A DNA stretch of 64,000 bases, from assembly GCA_008690995.1 (NCBI GenBank), contig VRMN01000014.1, positions 186,001-250,000 of the forward strand, written 5' to 3'. Source of the stretch: Porphyridium purpureum. Its lineage: Eukaryota. The first letter of the stretch is position 1, and the number at the start of each line of letters is the position of its first letter. The position numbers and the translations under genes were made by a program. Of the stretch, positions 10,628 through 21,603 are shown one piece after another. The notes beneath the pieces were generated by a model. That model was not told where the DNA came from. It was given only the letters and a program-made list of their open reading frames with translations, and ran no database searches.

Positions 10628-10957
10628 TACGTTGGACCTGCATCATCGCTGATACCCGTACGGGGTCCGCCTGGCTATGGACGTATACCTCTACGTCCGT
10701 CCGCGCATGTGCTTGCACCACCTGGGCATACGCCTGTGCAATACGCGCAGTCTGGGCTGGTGCGCGGCGGAGATTATGACGAACAATGGCCCGAGCAGAG
10801 AGATGAACAGACGTACGTCTATCCTCCGAACGAATCCAACGAGTACGATCCCGAGAACTGGCGTATGATCTAGAGTCTGGTTCGATGACACATTTGAATG
10901 TTGACAGCACCTGCCAAAGAGAATTTTAGAAAGATGCACATCAATGTCAACGGCGTT

Positions 10958-13900
10958 TTATGACCACAACTCTATGCCGTCGAATACATCAGGTCGCAGA
11001 ATAAACCACCATCTTGCAGGCACCTGTCCATTCTCACTTTCACGCACGATTCCGCAACGCGTAGCGTATTGTGATGAAGAGGATGATGCTGCGCCGGAGT
11101 CAAGTGCGGTACCGCTGTTATATGTGTCCAAGAACGAAGTGACCTTGCAGCGCAGCTGAGAAGCCATCACAATTTTGACACCAGCTTCTTCACGTACGTG
11201 ATCAAAAATGCTTCTGACGTGCGCACAAACCGTGGACCCACTGTTGATTGGAGGAACTCGCTCAACTTTCAAGTGTCGTACGACGACAATGGCTTGCACA
11301 CATGGCGCCACTAGCTCAGTACCCGGAGACAATTCATCGTTGGACCGCCCTGGATGTACATCAATTGCGATCGTCCCGATCATCAGTAAGCGCGCGTAGC
11401 GAAGACGTTGACGTACGTCGTCCCAATACTGAACGAAGTCGTATCGTTCCTTGCCGTAGTAGTTCCAGAACGCAATAAAGCGCTCACCTTGCGTGGTAGC
11501 ATGCTTTTGCCGCACGGCGATACGAGGTGTAAAGCTCACATTGTACACTTGCTCGTGCGAGTTCTCCACTTCATTTGGCATCCAAGTGCGATGAGATTTC
11601 TGGATGTGACTCGTAAGCGTATCCCAAAGGGCAACAGTCTCTTTCGTCGTTGATGTAAATCCACCTGACGTTGAGCTGGTGTGCACATTTGCGGGAAACG
11701 ATGGCATATCCATCACACGGAAACTCCATTCACCTGTCGATCGCGTGCGCGCGCAGCTCCAAGAGTAAACGGGAGCTTCTGGCCATGTCCCAGTACATAC
11801 AACACGTTCCGGTACCGGCGCTGCCCTGAATGCCAAAGGATGTGTCGGGTCTCCGGTTCTAGAGTCGTACGAATTTGACATAGAGTGTTCCGTCGGGTCG
11901 AGAAGCAGGTTGCTGATATCAGCAATGTCAAATCGCTCATGCTGCTCGAGCATGTACTTATGCGGTGCCGCCAGATTTACGCCAGCCACTTTTCTGTGTA
12001 CCCGTTTGCACACGCGCATAAGCGACTCGCTTGTACAAGTATCATGCAACCGCTTGCGCCCGAACTCCTCCAGATCTTTGCATAAATGCAAGAGCGCGTG
12101 GATTTTTGGGGCATCCCAGGTGATTCCCGTCAGCTGCCTTAGCTGCCCGATCATGTCCATGAGGCTCTTCACCAAATTATTCGCCTCACCTACATGCGCA
12201 TCTGTTGGTCGGGCAAGAGACAGCTTTGCATACACAGATAATGCCTGACAGCACGTGCTCAGATATACTGCATTCCATGCACGGCCCATGGCCCGATAGT
12301 AGCCATCACAGGCGACAGCCACAATAACTTGTACAAGCAGCCCTGGAGAGTATTTGTTCTCCACCATCTTTGACAGCTGGTCGAACGGATTTGGCGTGCG
12401 CCGAATCGGAATATACGCTCCCGTTGACCGTGTCAGGCGCTCTTGATCTTGCACATTACTAATTGCAACCAAGTATTTGCCAAGCGCAGATTTACGAATT
12501 CGTGTGATGTTGTCAGCCGTGCGGCGTCCACCGCTCACCTTTCGGCGTTTCTTCCGTCGCGTACTCTCACCGCCATCACTTTCATTCGTGTCCGAGGAAC
12601 CGAGCTCGCCAAGGTCGCTTTCAATGTCATGGACTATCCCGGATGCGTCGAGCTCCGCCAGCGCATCGCTATCGCGTACGCGCTTTTCATGTGCGTACCG
12701 GTCGACAATGTACAAGGAAATATTCGCCAACTGACGGAGTATTCCAAGCTTGAAACCATGCATCCAATCAACACCAACGAGTGCAAATAGACCGCGCTCA
12801 TCCCAACGATTGAGGTATCTCAATTTAACACCCGGAATATGGCGAATGTTGTATGCTGCACGCTGTCTCGCAGCACTGCCTCCCGACTGTTCAGACAGCG
12901 CAAACATGGGCTCTTCCTCGCGATACTCAAACTTAGCTTGCGCGTTGTATGCGTCGGAACCCGTCACAAGGCACACTTGGCATGGCCGTTCCTGAGTCAT
13001 GCGCGAATTCAGTGTCACACTGACGGTCGCCACCATGGGCATGTCGCAAGCAAACCTGTACAGGACTGGAAGCCATTTGATCATTGATCCATCGTGCCGT
13101 ACGACAAGAGAATGTCTTTCCAAAGCGGCTGGCTCCGACATTATCGCGAACGGATCGAGCAAAAACTGCAGCACCGCGTGCATGACGCAAGGCGTATCTT
13201 CAGATGCCTTGCCGTCATCTGGCGTCTTTGGCGCGTACGCGATAACGCGCGGCTCGAGGGGTCCGTCGTGCATGAACCTGTGAACAAGGTACAAAGAAAT
13301 TGGAGTCAGCGAGTGAATTCCATTTGCTCGCATCTGCGCGCCGTCGATGCAAAGCATAACTGGCACCAGCATGATATCAAGTGGTACCGCGTCACGGATG
13401 CGGCGCATGTGCGCCGCATCCTGCGCGTGGGTCAGAATAGTTTCGCCACGCTCATTTCTTGTACAACCAACTTCAAATGCCCGTTCGCCGTACCGGTGCA
13501 ACACGAGAGCAAGCTCGCGCCCAATCAAAACCATTGGATCGCGGTACCGCAGGTCTACGCGTAAGTGTTTTCCTACACACTTAACCACCAATCGTTTGGT
13601 GTGCACCGGCGTCGTCATTGGTCCGATGTTTTGCAAAACCCTTCCATTCAAAAATCCACTCCTCCCCGGAATTCGGTCACGTACGTGAGGCTGACTCAAC
13701 AGAAACCAATTCTTGAGAGCCGTTCTGCAGCGACCACTCAGCGCGTACGCGCAGATGATGTGCTCAAACACTAACTCGACAAGTGGAGTCCCACTGAATT
13801 GTTTTCGCGAGTGCTCGGATATTAGTGCCTGTATGCTCTCAGTGGCCTCCCATGCTGTGTATCCTGCTGCACCCACAGGTAGAGCAGGCGTCAACGCACG

Positions 13901-14245
13901 CACGTGATGTGTCTCTTCTCCCATACCAGACGTAACCTCTTGCACACAGTCCGAGTTCCCGTCAGACCAATCATCCAGCGCGTACGCGAAGCCGGCAAGG
14001 GAGTCTTGACTCACATTACTCGCACTTGATCGACCGACTGATTCAACGTCCGACCTGGCAGAGTCCGCAGATGCAACGACGGGGTGCCCCATTTGAAAAA
14101 CACCCGACCCATCAGGGCACGTCAGAATTTGTACAGGAACCTTGCAATGGCCCACATGCGCAGCAAGACTCTGGCGGATACTGAATCCGAGCTGCACCAT
14201 TGACTTTCCACAAACCGGGCACTGATCCGCCGAATCTCCAAGCAT
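10958..14245 (-). CDS. Plavaka/CMC-type DDE transposase with N-terminal C2H2-like zinc finger
   Basis: CPVC...HVGHC finger; PVMLCIDG...SLTPISL; FACDMP...RPCQVC; VDWMHGFKLG; PKIHALLHL..FG...TSES; C-terminal RYDFV. Intact 1095 aa. Confidence 0.85.
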   Translation of the reverse strand: MLGDSADQCPVCGKSMVQLGFSIRQSLAAHVGHCKVPVQILTCPDGSGVFQMGHPVVASADSARSDVESVGRSSASNVSQDSLAGFAYALDDWSDGNSDCVQEVTSGMGEETHHVRALTPALPVGAAGYTAWEATESIQALISEHSRKQFSGTPLVELVFEHIICAYALSGRCRTALKNWFLLSQPHVRDRIPGRSGFLNGRVLQNIGPMTTPVHTKRLVVKCVGKHLRVDLRYRDPMVLIGRELALVLHRYGERAFEVGCTRNERGETILTHAQDAAHMRRIRDAVPLDIMLVPVMLCIDGAQMRANGIHSLTPISLYLVHRFMHDGPLEPRVIAYAPKTPDDGKASEDTPCVMHAVLQFLLDPFAIMSEPAALERHSLVVRHDGSMIKWLPVLYRFACDMPMVATVSVTLNSRMTQERPCQVCLVTGSDAYNAQAKFEYREEEPMFALSEQSGGSAARQRAAYNIRHIPGVKLRYLNRWDERGLFALVGVDWMHGFKLGILRQLANISLYIVDRYAHEKRVRDSDALAELDASGIVHDIESDLGELGSSDTNESDGGESTRRKKRRKVSGGRRTADNITRIRKSALGKYLVAISNVQDQERLTRSTGAYIPIRRTPNPFDQLSKMVENKYSPGLLVQVIVAVACDGYYRAMGRAWNAVYLSTCCQALSVYAKLSLARPTDAHVGEANNLVKSLMDMIGQLRQLTGITWDAPKIHALLHLCKDLEEFGRKRLHDTCTSESLMRVCKRVHRKVAGVNLAAPHKYMLEQHERFDIADISNLLLDPTEHSMSNSYDSRTGDPTHPLAFRAAPVPERVVCTGTWPEAPVYSWSCARTRSTGEWSFRVMDMPSFPANVHTSSTSGGFTSTTKETVALWDTLTSHIQKSHRTWMPNEVENSHEQVYNVSFTPRIAVRQKHATTQGERFIAFWNYYGKERYDFVQYWDDVRQRLRYARLLMIGTIAIDVHPGRSNDELSPGTELVAPCVQAIVVVRHLKVERVPPINSGSTVCAHVRSIFDHVREEAGVKIVMASQLRCKVTSFLDTYNSGTALDSGAASSSSSQYATRCGIVRESENGQVPARWWFILRPDVFDGIELWS

Positions 14246-14539
14246 TGCAGTGCTGCTTCAATTGTCGGAGGCGATGCCCGACGTACGTCACTTTTTTCAC
14301 AATTGAAGACGTGCACACGCGCACCAAATCACCGCTGCCCAAGTGACCTCACGGCCTCTGACAAAGTCTGCAGCCACACAACCCGTCACTACGACCGCCC
14401 CCACACGCACAACACATATACATAAATCCTTCTCGTCAGAAACCACCTCCACCATGAGAATCCCCCTCCCCCTTCCCTCTCCCCGATCAAATTTCAAATT
14501 TGCGTCAACATTCTGTAGAATGAGACTTGTATACGTACA

Positions 14540-14940
14540 TTATGCCTTATAAGCGTACATTACAATTGGATAGTGTATATGCGGACCTGTTTATGTTCAT
14601 TCTGCTTTATAAGCGGCAATATAATGCCTTATATACGTGCGTTATGCCTTATCAGCGTACATTACAATTGGATAGTGTATATGCGGACCTGTTTATGTTC
14701 ATTCTGCTTTATAAGCGGCAATATAATGCCTTATATACGTGCGTTATGCCTTATAAGCGTACATTACAATTGGATAGTGTATATGTGGACCTGTTTATGT
14801 TCATTCTGCTTTATAAGCGGCAATATAATGCCTTATATACGTGCGTTATGCCTTATAAGCGTACATTACAATTGGATAGTGTATATGCGGACCTGTTTAT
14901 GTTCATTCTGCTTTATAAGCGGCAATATAATGCCTTATAA
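14540..14940. repeat. 102-bp tandem repeat, ~3.9 nearly identical copies, in the right subterminal region
   Basis: Unit TATGCCTTATAAGCGTACATTACAATTGGATAGTG...ATATACGTGCGT starts at 14541, 14643, 14745 and 14847. Each unit contains GC(C/T)TTATA sub-motifs. Confidence 0.95.
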
Positions 14941-17900
14941 TTGTACATTTGTGCCTTGTATGTTTACACAACGCCTCATATACGTATAAACACCTCATAA
15001 ATATACAAAACACCTTATATCGGTTCGCCTATATGCTGTACGATTACAATGTACACTTATAAGGGGACATTGTACATTTATAAGTTGTGGCACCTTATAA
15101 TGGTACATTTCCGCCTTATAACTGTTTATTCTGCCTTATTAATGTACAATTTCACCTTGTAACCTGCAAAACCCTGAAATCAAAGACACAGACTGATGCC
15201 ATTCTATTCTAGTTTGGTAAGCTGAAGTCCAAGTGCAGACCAGGCTATGAATGGTAGAGATCCAATATTCCCTGAACAATATTTACATTCGTTGCACCGT
15301 TGTTTCTTGCCCAAAGCGTGGCTGAATAATACGAGAAACAAAAGACACGAAACGGGATACACAAAAAAAGATGGTAATAGAGCGAAAGGTCCAACGTCTA
15401 GCGTGAGTACAGAATGTTCTTCCCATCGGCAGCCGCAGGACCTTTATCGTCAGACAGCAAAGTGATGTCACCCTTATTCCGGGCCAGCTGTCATCCATTT
15501 CTGCCCCAGACATCCGATGCCGTAGCTCTCTGGTACACAAGGTCCGGAAATCCCACCCCGCTTTCCAACGACCGCTCTCACACCTTTCTCTGTATTCTTT
15601 CCTTACCTCTGCCAGGCTATCTGGAAAAGTAAGCCTACCTGTCGGCCTACCGCCCCTTTGTAGCCAGCGTCGGCTGGACGAATGCACCTCCTCCGTAAAA
15701 TGGGATGCTATAAACCTCCGCCGACTCTTGGCACTCCATAAAAGATGCTACTGATTTACTAGCTGTCAAAGCCTCCAGCCTCCGAATCAGGACGTCGCCT
15801 TTGTGCGCACTGCTTCCACTTCAGCCCTTACGAAACGATTCGCCTACTTTTTCTCGCCATGCATCCACCACTTACACAACCAACATCACATTCTCCGGGA
15901 CTCTCGGCGCTAGCGAGCTGTAATATTCATGAGCATGCATACAAAAGGTCTCTTGAGGTACATAAAGACTTGAAAAGTATCAACGAGCGTACTCGAGAGA
16001 GTATGAATGACTTCGCATAGCAATGAAACACATATTTCAGCGAAAGAGGGGATCCACACTGGATGAAGAATCTTTTGCATTGTATTGCAATGACTTGTTT
16101 CCAAGTTTATGGAAGAACACTTTATTCTGAGACTGCGAAGCATTACATTGCGATGCGGAACTCCCAAGCACTCATACTTTGAGCTATCCTGCTAGTTTTG
16201 ATCTAGTATGAAGTTGAAAAGCAAGAGGGGGTTCAAATTGCTTCGTTTCATAAGAGACCCTTTAGATTGTGTAGTTACTTTTTCATGGACTGCGGCTGGA
16301 TTTCGTCGGCGCTTGGAGGAAGCAAATGGTTTGGCAGGGAGTGCTTATTCGGAATCAGAATGGATAGATACAGTGAGTAGACTTTCACAGAGTCAATAAT
16401 TGCGAACATCCACAATCCGACTACAAAATTAGGTCGCGCCCGTCAACGGCGCATTGTTTATGCCCGATTGTATGGGCATGTAAAGCGCAGGCGACGTCGA
16501 GAACGTGATTGAAACAGTGAAAGTGCGACACGCGGGTCTTTGACGAATGTGTACGTGAGCGATCTCGTGTGTCGTGGAGTGCTACCTGCTGTAGTGAAAC
16601 CGGTTGTACTTGAGACAGGGGCTCGGCAGTTCTGGGATCGGATGGAAATTCTCGCCGCAGCCGTTGATGACCAGAAACTTTCCGCGCATGGGCTCAACCA
16701 ATTCAATTCATTTGCGCAATGGTATTCTTCTGAAGGTTTCATAGGTCCAAATTTGGCAGTTTTGAGTCGACAGTCAGCGGGCATCCTTCACAGTTTTAGG
16801 AAAGGAGCGGGTAAGCGATTGAGTTCGGAAATTTGGAAGTGCTCGATAATATTTTTATTTCAATTTAGTGGTGTCGACTCGGGTCTTTACAACGTCACGT
16901 GGGGTATCAGGGCTTCTTCTCTGGTAGAACATTTCGTTGTGAGACCATTACTCCACCGTGACATATACAAAAGCATGATTGCGCAGATACTATAGGCAAA
17001 CGTGAAAGTTTCTGGGGTAGATACGGAACTTTCCCAGGAATACAAAGCCTGCTGCGTTCGGATCGAGATTGCGTGGATAACAGTTATCTAATTTGTGTGC
17101 GTGAGCGTGTTGCGGAGGTTCCGCAACACTTTGAGAGGCGTATGTCATGATTATTCTATCGGCCTGGTACGTGATAACGCGCAGAATTTCCCACCTAATA
17201 CAGGCGCGAAGACACATGGGGAGGTGAATGGGCTATGGTCGCATAATCTGATGATATCGGATTCTCGGCCTTCGCGACATTGTAACGCTAGATCAGCAGG
17301 ATTTAGAACATGCGGCGTTCAAAACAGGATCCTTTCACCCGTATCCGGTTGGATATCGAGGGCATGTGTATACTACAGATGTACACAGCGCATAAGGCGT
17401 GCGTGTGAGATCGCGCCGCATAATCCACCAATTTTGTTTGCAATGGGTCAAGGCCAGAAACGTCACTGCAAAAGTCTGAGGGCGGAGGAGATGTCAGCGT
17501 TTCTCTGCGTAAGGGTATCGCGAATGTGGAATCAAGGTCCACAAATCCAAATTTGCTGGATCCTAGCCAGGTGGCGAATGGCGTCAACCACAGCACTGCT
17601 GTCGGTACGTGTGCATGGACAGAGTCCATTTTTTGGGAACTGTACATGCTGAGTGAAGGTTGTGACTCCTCCGGAGGGTTCAAGAGTGTTGGAATTGATT
17701 GACATATCACGTGCATCCTTGAAAAAGAAGCTCGGTCCGATACAGCTCGCGAGCGATTGCTTTGTACAAGCAGTAGACCCGCCAGTCAGACTGCATGTTG
17801 GTGCTCATCGATTGCGCCGAGTGGTCCACTCGTGAGCAGTGGACTGCAAGCTGAGGGTGGGAGATCTTTGAGCCTTCGATGCGCCAAATACAGGTGCTGT

Positions 17901-18923
17901 ACCGGTCTCGCTCGGCTCCGATGCGCGAAATCGTAAGCAAGGGTCTGCTGCAATGAAGTATCTATGACGCAGTGCAGTTCTAGATAATGACTCGTTTCAA
18001 GAAGAGCAATAATGTAAGGCGAGAAGCTCGCTTATGTATTGTGAAAGTATGTATTTGACCAATTGGTGTCTGAACAGGCAGAATTACACAGTAGTTCTAA
18101 TCCTTGCACTCACGTACGACCTCGTTGTAGCGTATGCTTGAGCATATTTCCATTACGTAGCGGCTGGCGTGAGCTGGGTTCTAGAAGACGATCCTTGTCG
18201 TGTTGTAGAACGGAAATTTCTAGGGACACCCACCTTAATCGCTAGGCTTTCTTGGTTGCAAAATAGTGAACACGTACGAGATCATCGCGTCGGGCCACAG
18301 CCGTGTCTGCCAAAACATTTCTTCAACAACATGCGAGCTCCTGCTCCGTCTCTCCCATCTTTTCCGGTCCGGAGCTCCAAACTTCCTTGACATGAACCGC
18401 CGACAGCGGCGGTAGCGGCTTCACGGGTATGAAACACAATTCAATCGCTTTTACGTCTTCGGCTCTATTTATGCTTTACTCTTGGTCGCACCCACTTATT
18501 GCTTCTCTCCTTGCTTGCCCGTCGGCATACACAGCTTCATGTGTCCAAATGTTTGATCTCTCGGGTAAATTTCACGAGGTCTGCATATTTGTAAGACGTA
18601 AACGAACATGCCGGTGATGATGCAGACGGGAGTGAGAAAGGAAAGAGCAAGCAGTCCGTATGTTGAAAGCTCGAGGAGACCTTCGAGGAGACCAGAAAGA
18701 GCTGCACACCCATAGCACATGGGGTATGCACACCAGCCGACAATGAATCAAAAACTCCCGTACTATTTTACACTTACGATTAAATAAGGATACATTTAGA
18801 GCAAAACGATAGATCGACTTTGCGGTGACCGTTGCAAGCGTCCAAATCATAAAAAAACACCACAATCAAACACGTATTCCAGGCTTCAGAGTGCGTGGAT
18901 TGGAACTCGCGGTGCAGGAAAAT

Positions 18924-19950
18924 TGTCGGCAAGGCGCCAAGCCTCAACGAGCGACAGGAGGGCGTGGTTGTTGCTTTGGTTGCTGAGGCTCATTCGCTGT
19001 GAGTGGTCGCGGGCAGCCTGGGAGGATCTCGCTTCGTAATGGTAGTAAGGAACTACCTAAAATGCCCGGAAAAGTACGGCAAACGGGGACTCAATGAAAC
19101 CGCTGGAAAAACGACACCTTACCTGCGCCGAAAGATTAAGAATGTCCTGAAATCAAAGCCATTTTTTTACTGCAAGCCAGGTGCATGGAGGCATCTTGTC
19201 AGCACGTGCCAAGCCAGTCTCCGTGCAAACGGTCCGACTTGTCATTCGAAATGAGCACACATGGAAGAAGCGCAAGAAAGTGCCACATTTGCAGGATCGC
19301 CATCAGCAGGCTCGTGTAAAATCTGTGCTTGATCACCACTGGAAGTGCGAGGAACAGCAAGAGATCGTGTTCACGGACGGGAAAAAGTGGAGTTTAGACA
19401 GTCCTGATGGCTTGAAGATCTACTCGGCGAGTTTGGAGCAAGAGCCAGCTGTATGTTGAAGTCGTGTTTGTGGTGGACAGAGCTTGATGGTCTGGGGAGC
19501 GATAAACGGCGACTGAAAGCTTGCTCTTTTGTTCACAAAAGACTACTATGCGGGCGGCCAGACTGCCACAAAATACGTGGAAATGTTGGACAGGTCTCGA
19601 GTCATTGTGAAGGCTAAAGAAAGGCTTGGATACTTCAAGTTCATGCACGACGGGACTGCCTCCCATAGGGCCCAGGTCACGAAGGACTGGTTGCAACGCA
19701 AGTACGTGGAGGTTCTGGATTGGCCCGCGCTTCCGCCAGACCTGAATCCAATTGAGAATGTATTGGGCCATTTGACACGCCAGGTTTGCGGTGGATGCAA
19801 GCAGTAGTCGAATGTGAAAGGGCTACGAGAGGCAATCGAGGATGCGCGGGAGAAAATGGAGGATTGCCACTTCAGAGATTTGCATGTCGGCATGCCGAAG
19901 CGGATCATTGACGAGGCGTTGGTGCAAGGAAGGAAGTGCCACTTTGAGAA
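18924..19950 (+). pseudogene. Tc1/mariner (Tc3-like, DD34E) transposase remnant
   Basis: Fragments in several frames: VRNYLKCPEKYG (HTH region), IVFTDGKKWSLDSPDG, FMHDGTASH...VLDWPALPPDLNPIENV; stops and frameshifts. TIRs not identified; boundaries approximate. Confidence 0.85.
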
Positions 19951-21059
19951 CCTGATTTGATCTTTCTTGTTTCAGGTAAATGCTCGGAACCTGCGCTGTT
20001 TTGAAGCGTTTGTCACTTCCTTCTCGCGCCAAACAGTCGACCTTCACCAACTGTGGACAAATTTTACCTTTTTTTTTGGATGTGGTTGAAGCCTGTGTGT
20101 AGCCGTGACGTACCTGCTTGCCGAATTGAACCGCGTTTTCTGTGTCTGTATTATCTTTTTTTTGTATCTGGACGAGCTTGCGGCCCCGCGCGACGCTCCG
20201 TATATAGACCTTTTCCGAGACCGTTGCAGGAATGCAACAGAAGTACCGGGCGGTGCGTGTGCACCTCACTGGTCTTCGCGAGACTTGTGAAATCGCGACA
20301 TCGAATGCTCGCGACCGCAAGTCACGAGTGCATCGCCCCCCGAAACCGTGTTTCATAACGCTTCATCGATTCAAACGCCGCTTTTCGCAGGCACGAGGGT
20401 ATCCGGCCCGAGCAGCCGGTCACCACGGTGACTGTCGAAAGTTTTCCTTTTCGAGGCTTGGGAATTGAAGAGTTTGTCGGGTTAACAACCCCCAGGCTCA
20501 CCGCTTTGGGATTGTTGCGGGGGGACGGTTTGGAACCGCGGGTGAATCCACACCAGGCGGTATATCCTTGCCGTTTTAATGGAGCGTTGCGCGTCCAACG
20601 TCAACCTGCTTGAGCCTTTTCGCTGTCAAGCTTTTGTTTTATTGCGACAAACTCTTCTTCGTTCTCTTCTCTTATCTTACGCAGGACGGTGGTCCTCATT
20701 TGTGTGGTTCTACGTTTATATACTGTTCTCTTGCGTCTGACGTCAGGCTGGCAGCGACGGCTCGAGACTGCATTTTCACGATCTCTTCACGACGTGCAAT
20801 TGACGCACGCTTCGAACCGGCGTCTCGACTTGTTCAAGTGTGCGCCAGTGTACCTATGGTACACGGTCAAGGTATTAACAGTGACAGAATCGGTCCGGCG
20901 TCATATCGGCTAAACCCGTCACCTCCCGCATCCCTTTCAACGACTCCATGGTTCGTTCTATCCACGTTCGGAACATTTGAGAAAAAGCGGACGCGTGATT
21001 CTACTTGATTGTCACTTGGGGTACACGGGCCAGATCCGGATCCAGCCAGTTCGAGCGTA

Positions 21060-21329
21060 TGTTATGGTTTCTGTCACTACTGAGATGTTCGTCTGAGAAA
21101 AAACAAACAATTTATACTCGTCAGTGCAAAGTTACGCTTTTCACTCCCTAAATCCGTAGCCCTTCTTCTCCATTACGCCGCCGCCGGGTCGCTCGCCAGA
21201 GCACGCTTTTATACCCGCAAAGCCGCAATCTCGTCACTACCAAATTCCCTGCTCGGGCACAGGAGCGCCTACCGCCGCAGGACGCGTGCATCAGCACCAG
21301 CATCTAGAATGTTCTGCGGTGCTACAACA
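21060..21329 (-). mobile_element. LTR-like remnant related to the solo LTR at 105-397
   Basis: TGTTA...CAACA candidate ends. Shares CTTTTCACTC, CTTCTCC, TTTTATACCC and TCTAGA..GTTCTG in the same order with 105-397. No TSD found. Confidence 0.45.
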
Positions 21330-21603
21330 TGTCGGCAAACCCTAAAACCCACAACAGCGCATGAGAAGAGCATCATGTCGCGCAACGGGCTGCCGTGCGT
21401 GTTTCTGTGCTGTTTCGCAGGCAGCGCGAAACCACTGCGCGGGAAAAACGTGAATTTGAAAGAAATGTCGCGTTTCCGGAGGGAAACGCCGGGCGCGCGT
21501 GCGCGTGCGGGATGGAGATCGAAAGCGCGGACGGCGCGCGCGAGCAGGATGTGAGAAGGGTCTGGTGTGGACGGGTGGCGCGGACGCGCGGGCAGGAGGC
21601 AAG

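Larger units (their letters stand above)
3084..15189 (-). mobile_element. Large (~12 kb) multi-gene DNA transposon with a Plavaka/CMC(EnSpm)-like transposase
   Basis: Transposase ORF 10958-14245 plus four other long ORFs. Both ends are AT-rich arrays of TTATAAG/GTACA motifs. CCTTATAAGTGTACA near 3206 is inverted near 15050. Degenerate inverted match GTGTCTTT..AGGGT..GGTTA(T/C)AAG at 3084-3119 versus 15156-15189. Exact termini and TSD not resolved. Confidence 0.7.

Noticed and set aside
3500..14500. Apparent excess of GTAC/CGTACG within the large element
   Set aside because: Noticeable by eye, but host genes such as LysRS also contain many. It needs a proper k-mer count before it can be claimed.
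14527..14989. 102-bp array as a CRISPR array or as protein-coding repeats (ORFs 14527-14940, 14573-14989)
   Set aside because: Units are near-identical end to end with no unique spacers, and there are no cas genes. The ORFs are a by-product of a period divisible by three.
15190..18900. Short ORFs (15283-15687, 16540-16995, 17095-17652)
   Set aside because: No recognisable motifs. Probably degraded TE or pseudogene sequence that I cannot assign.
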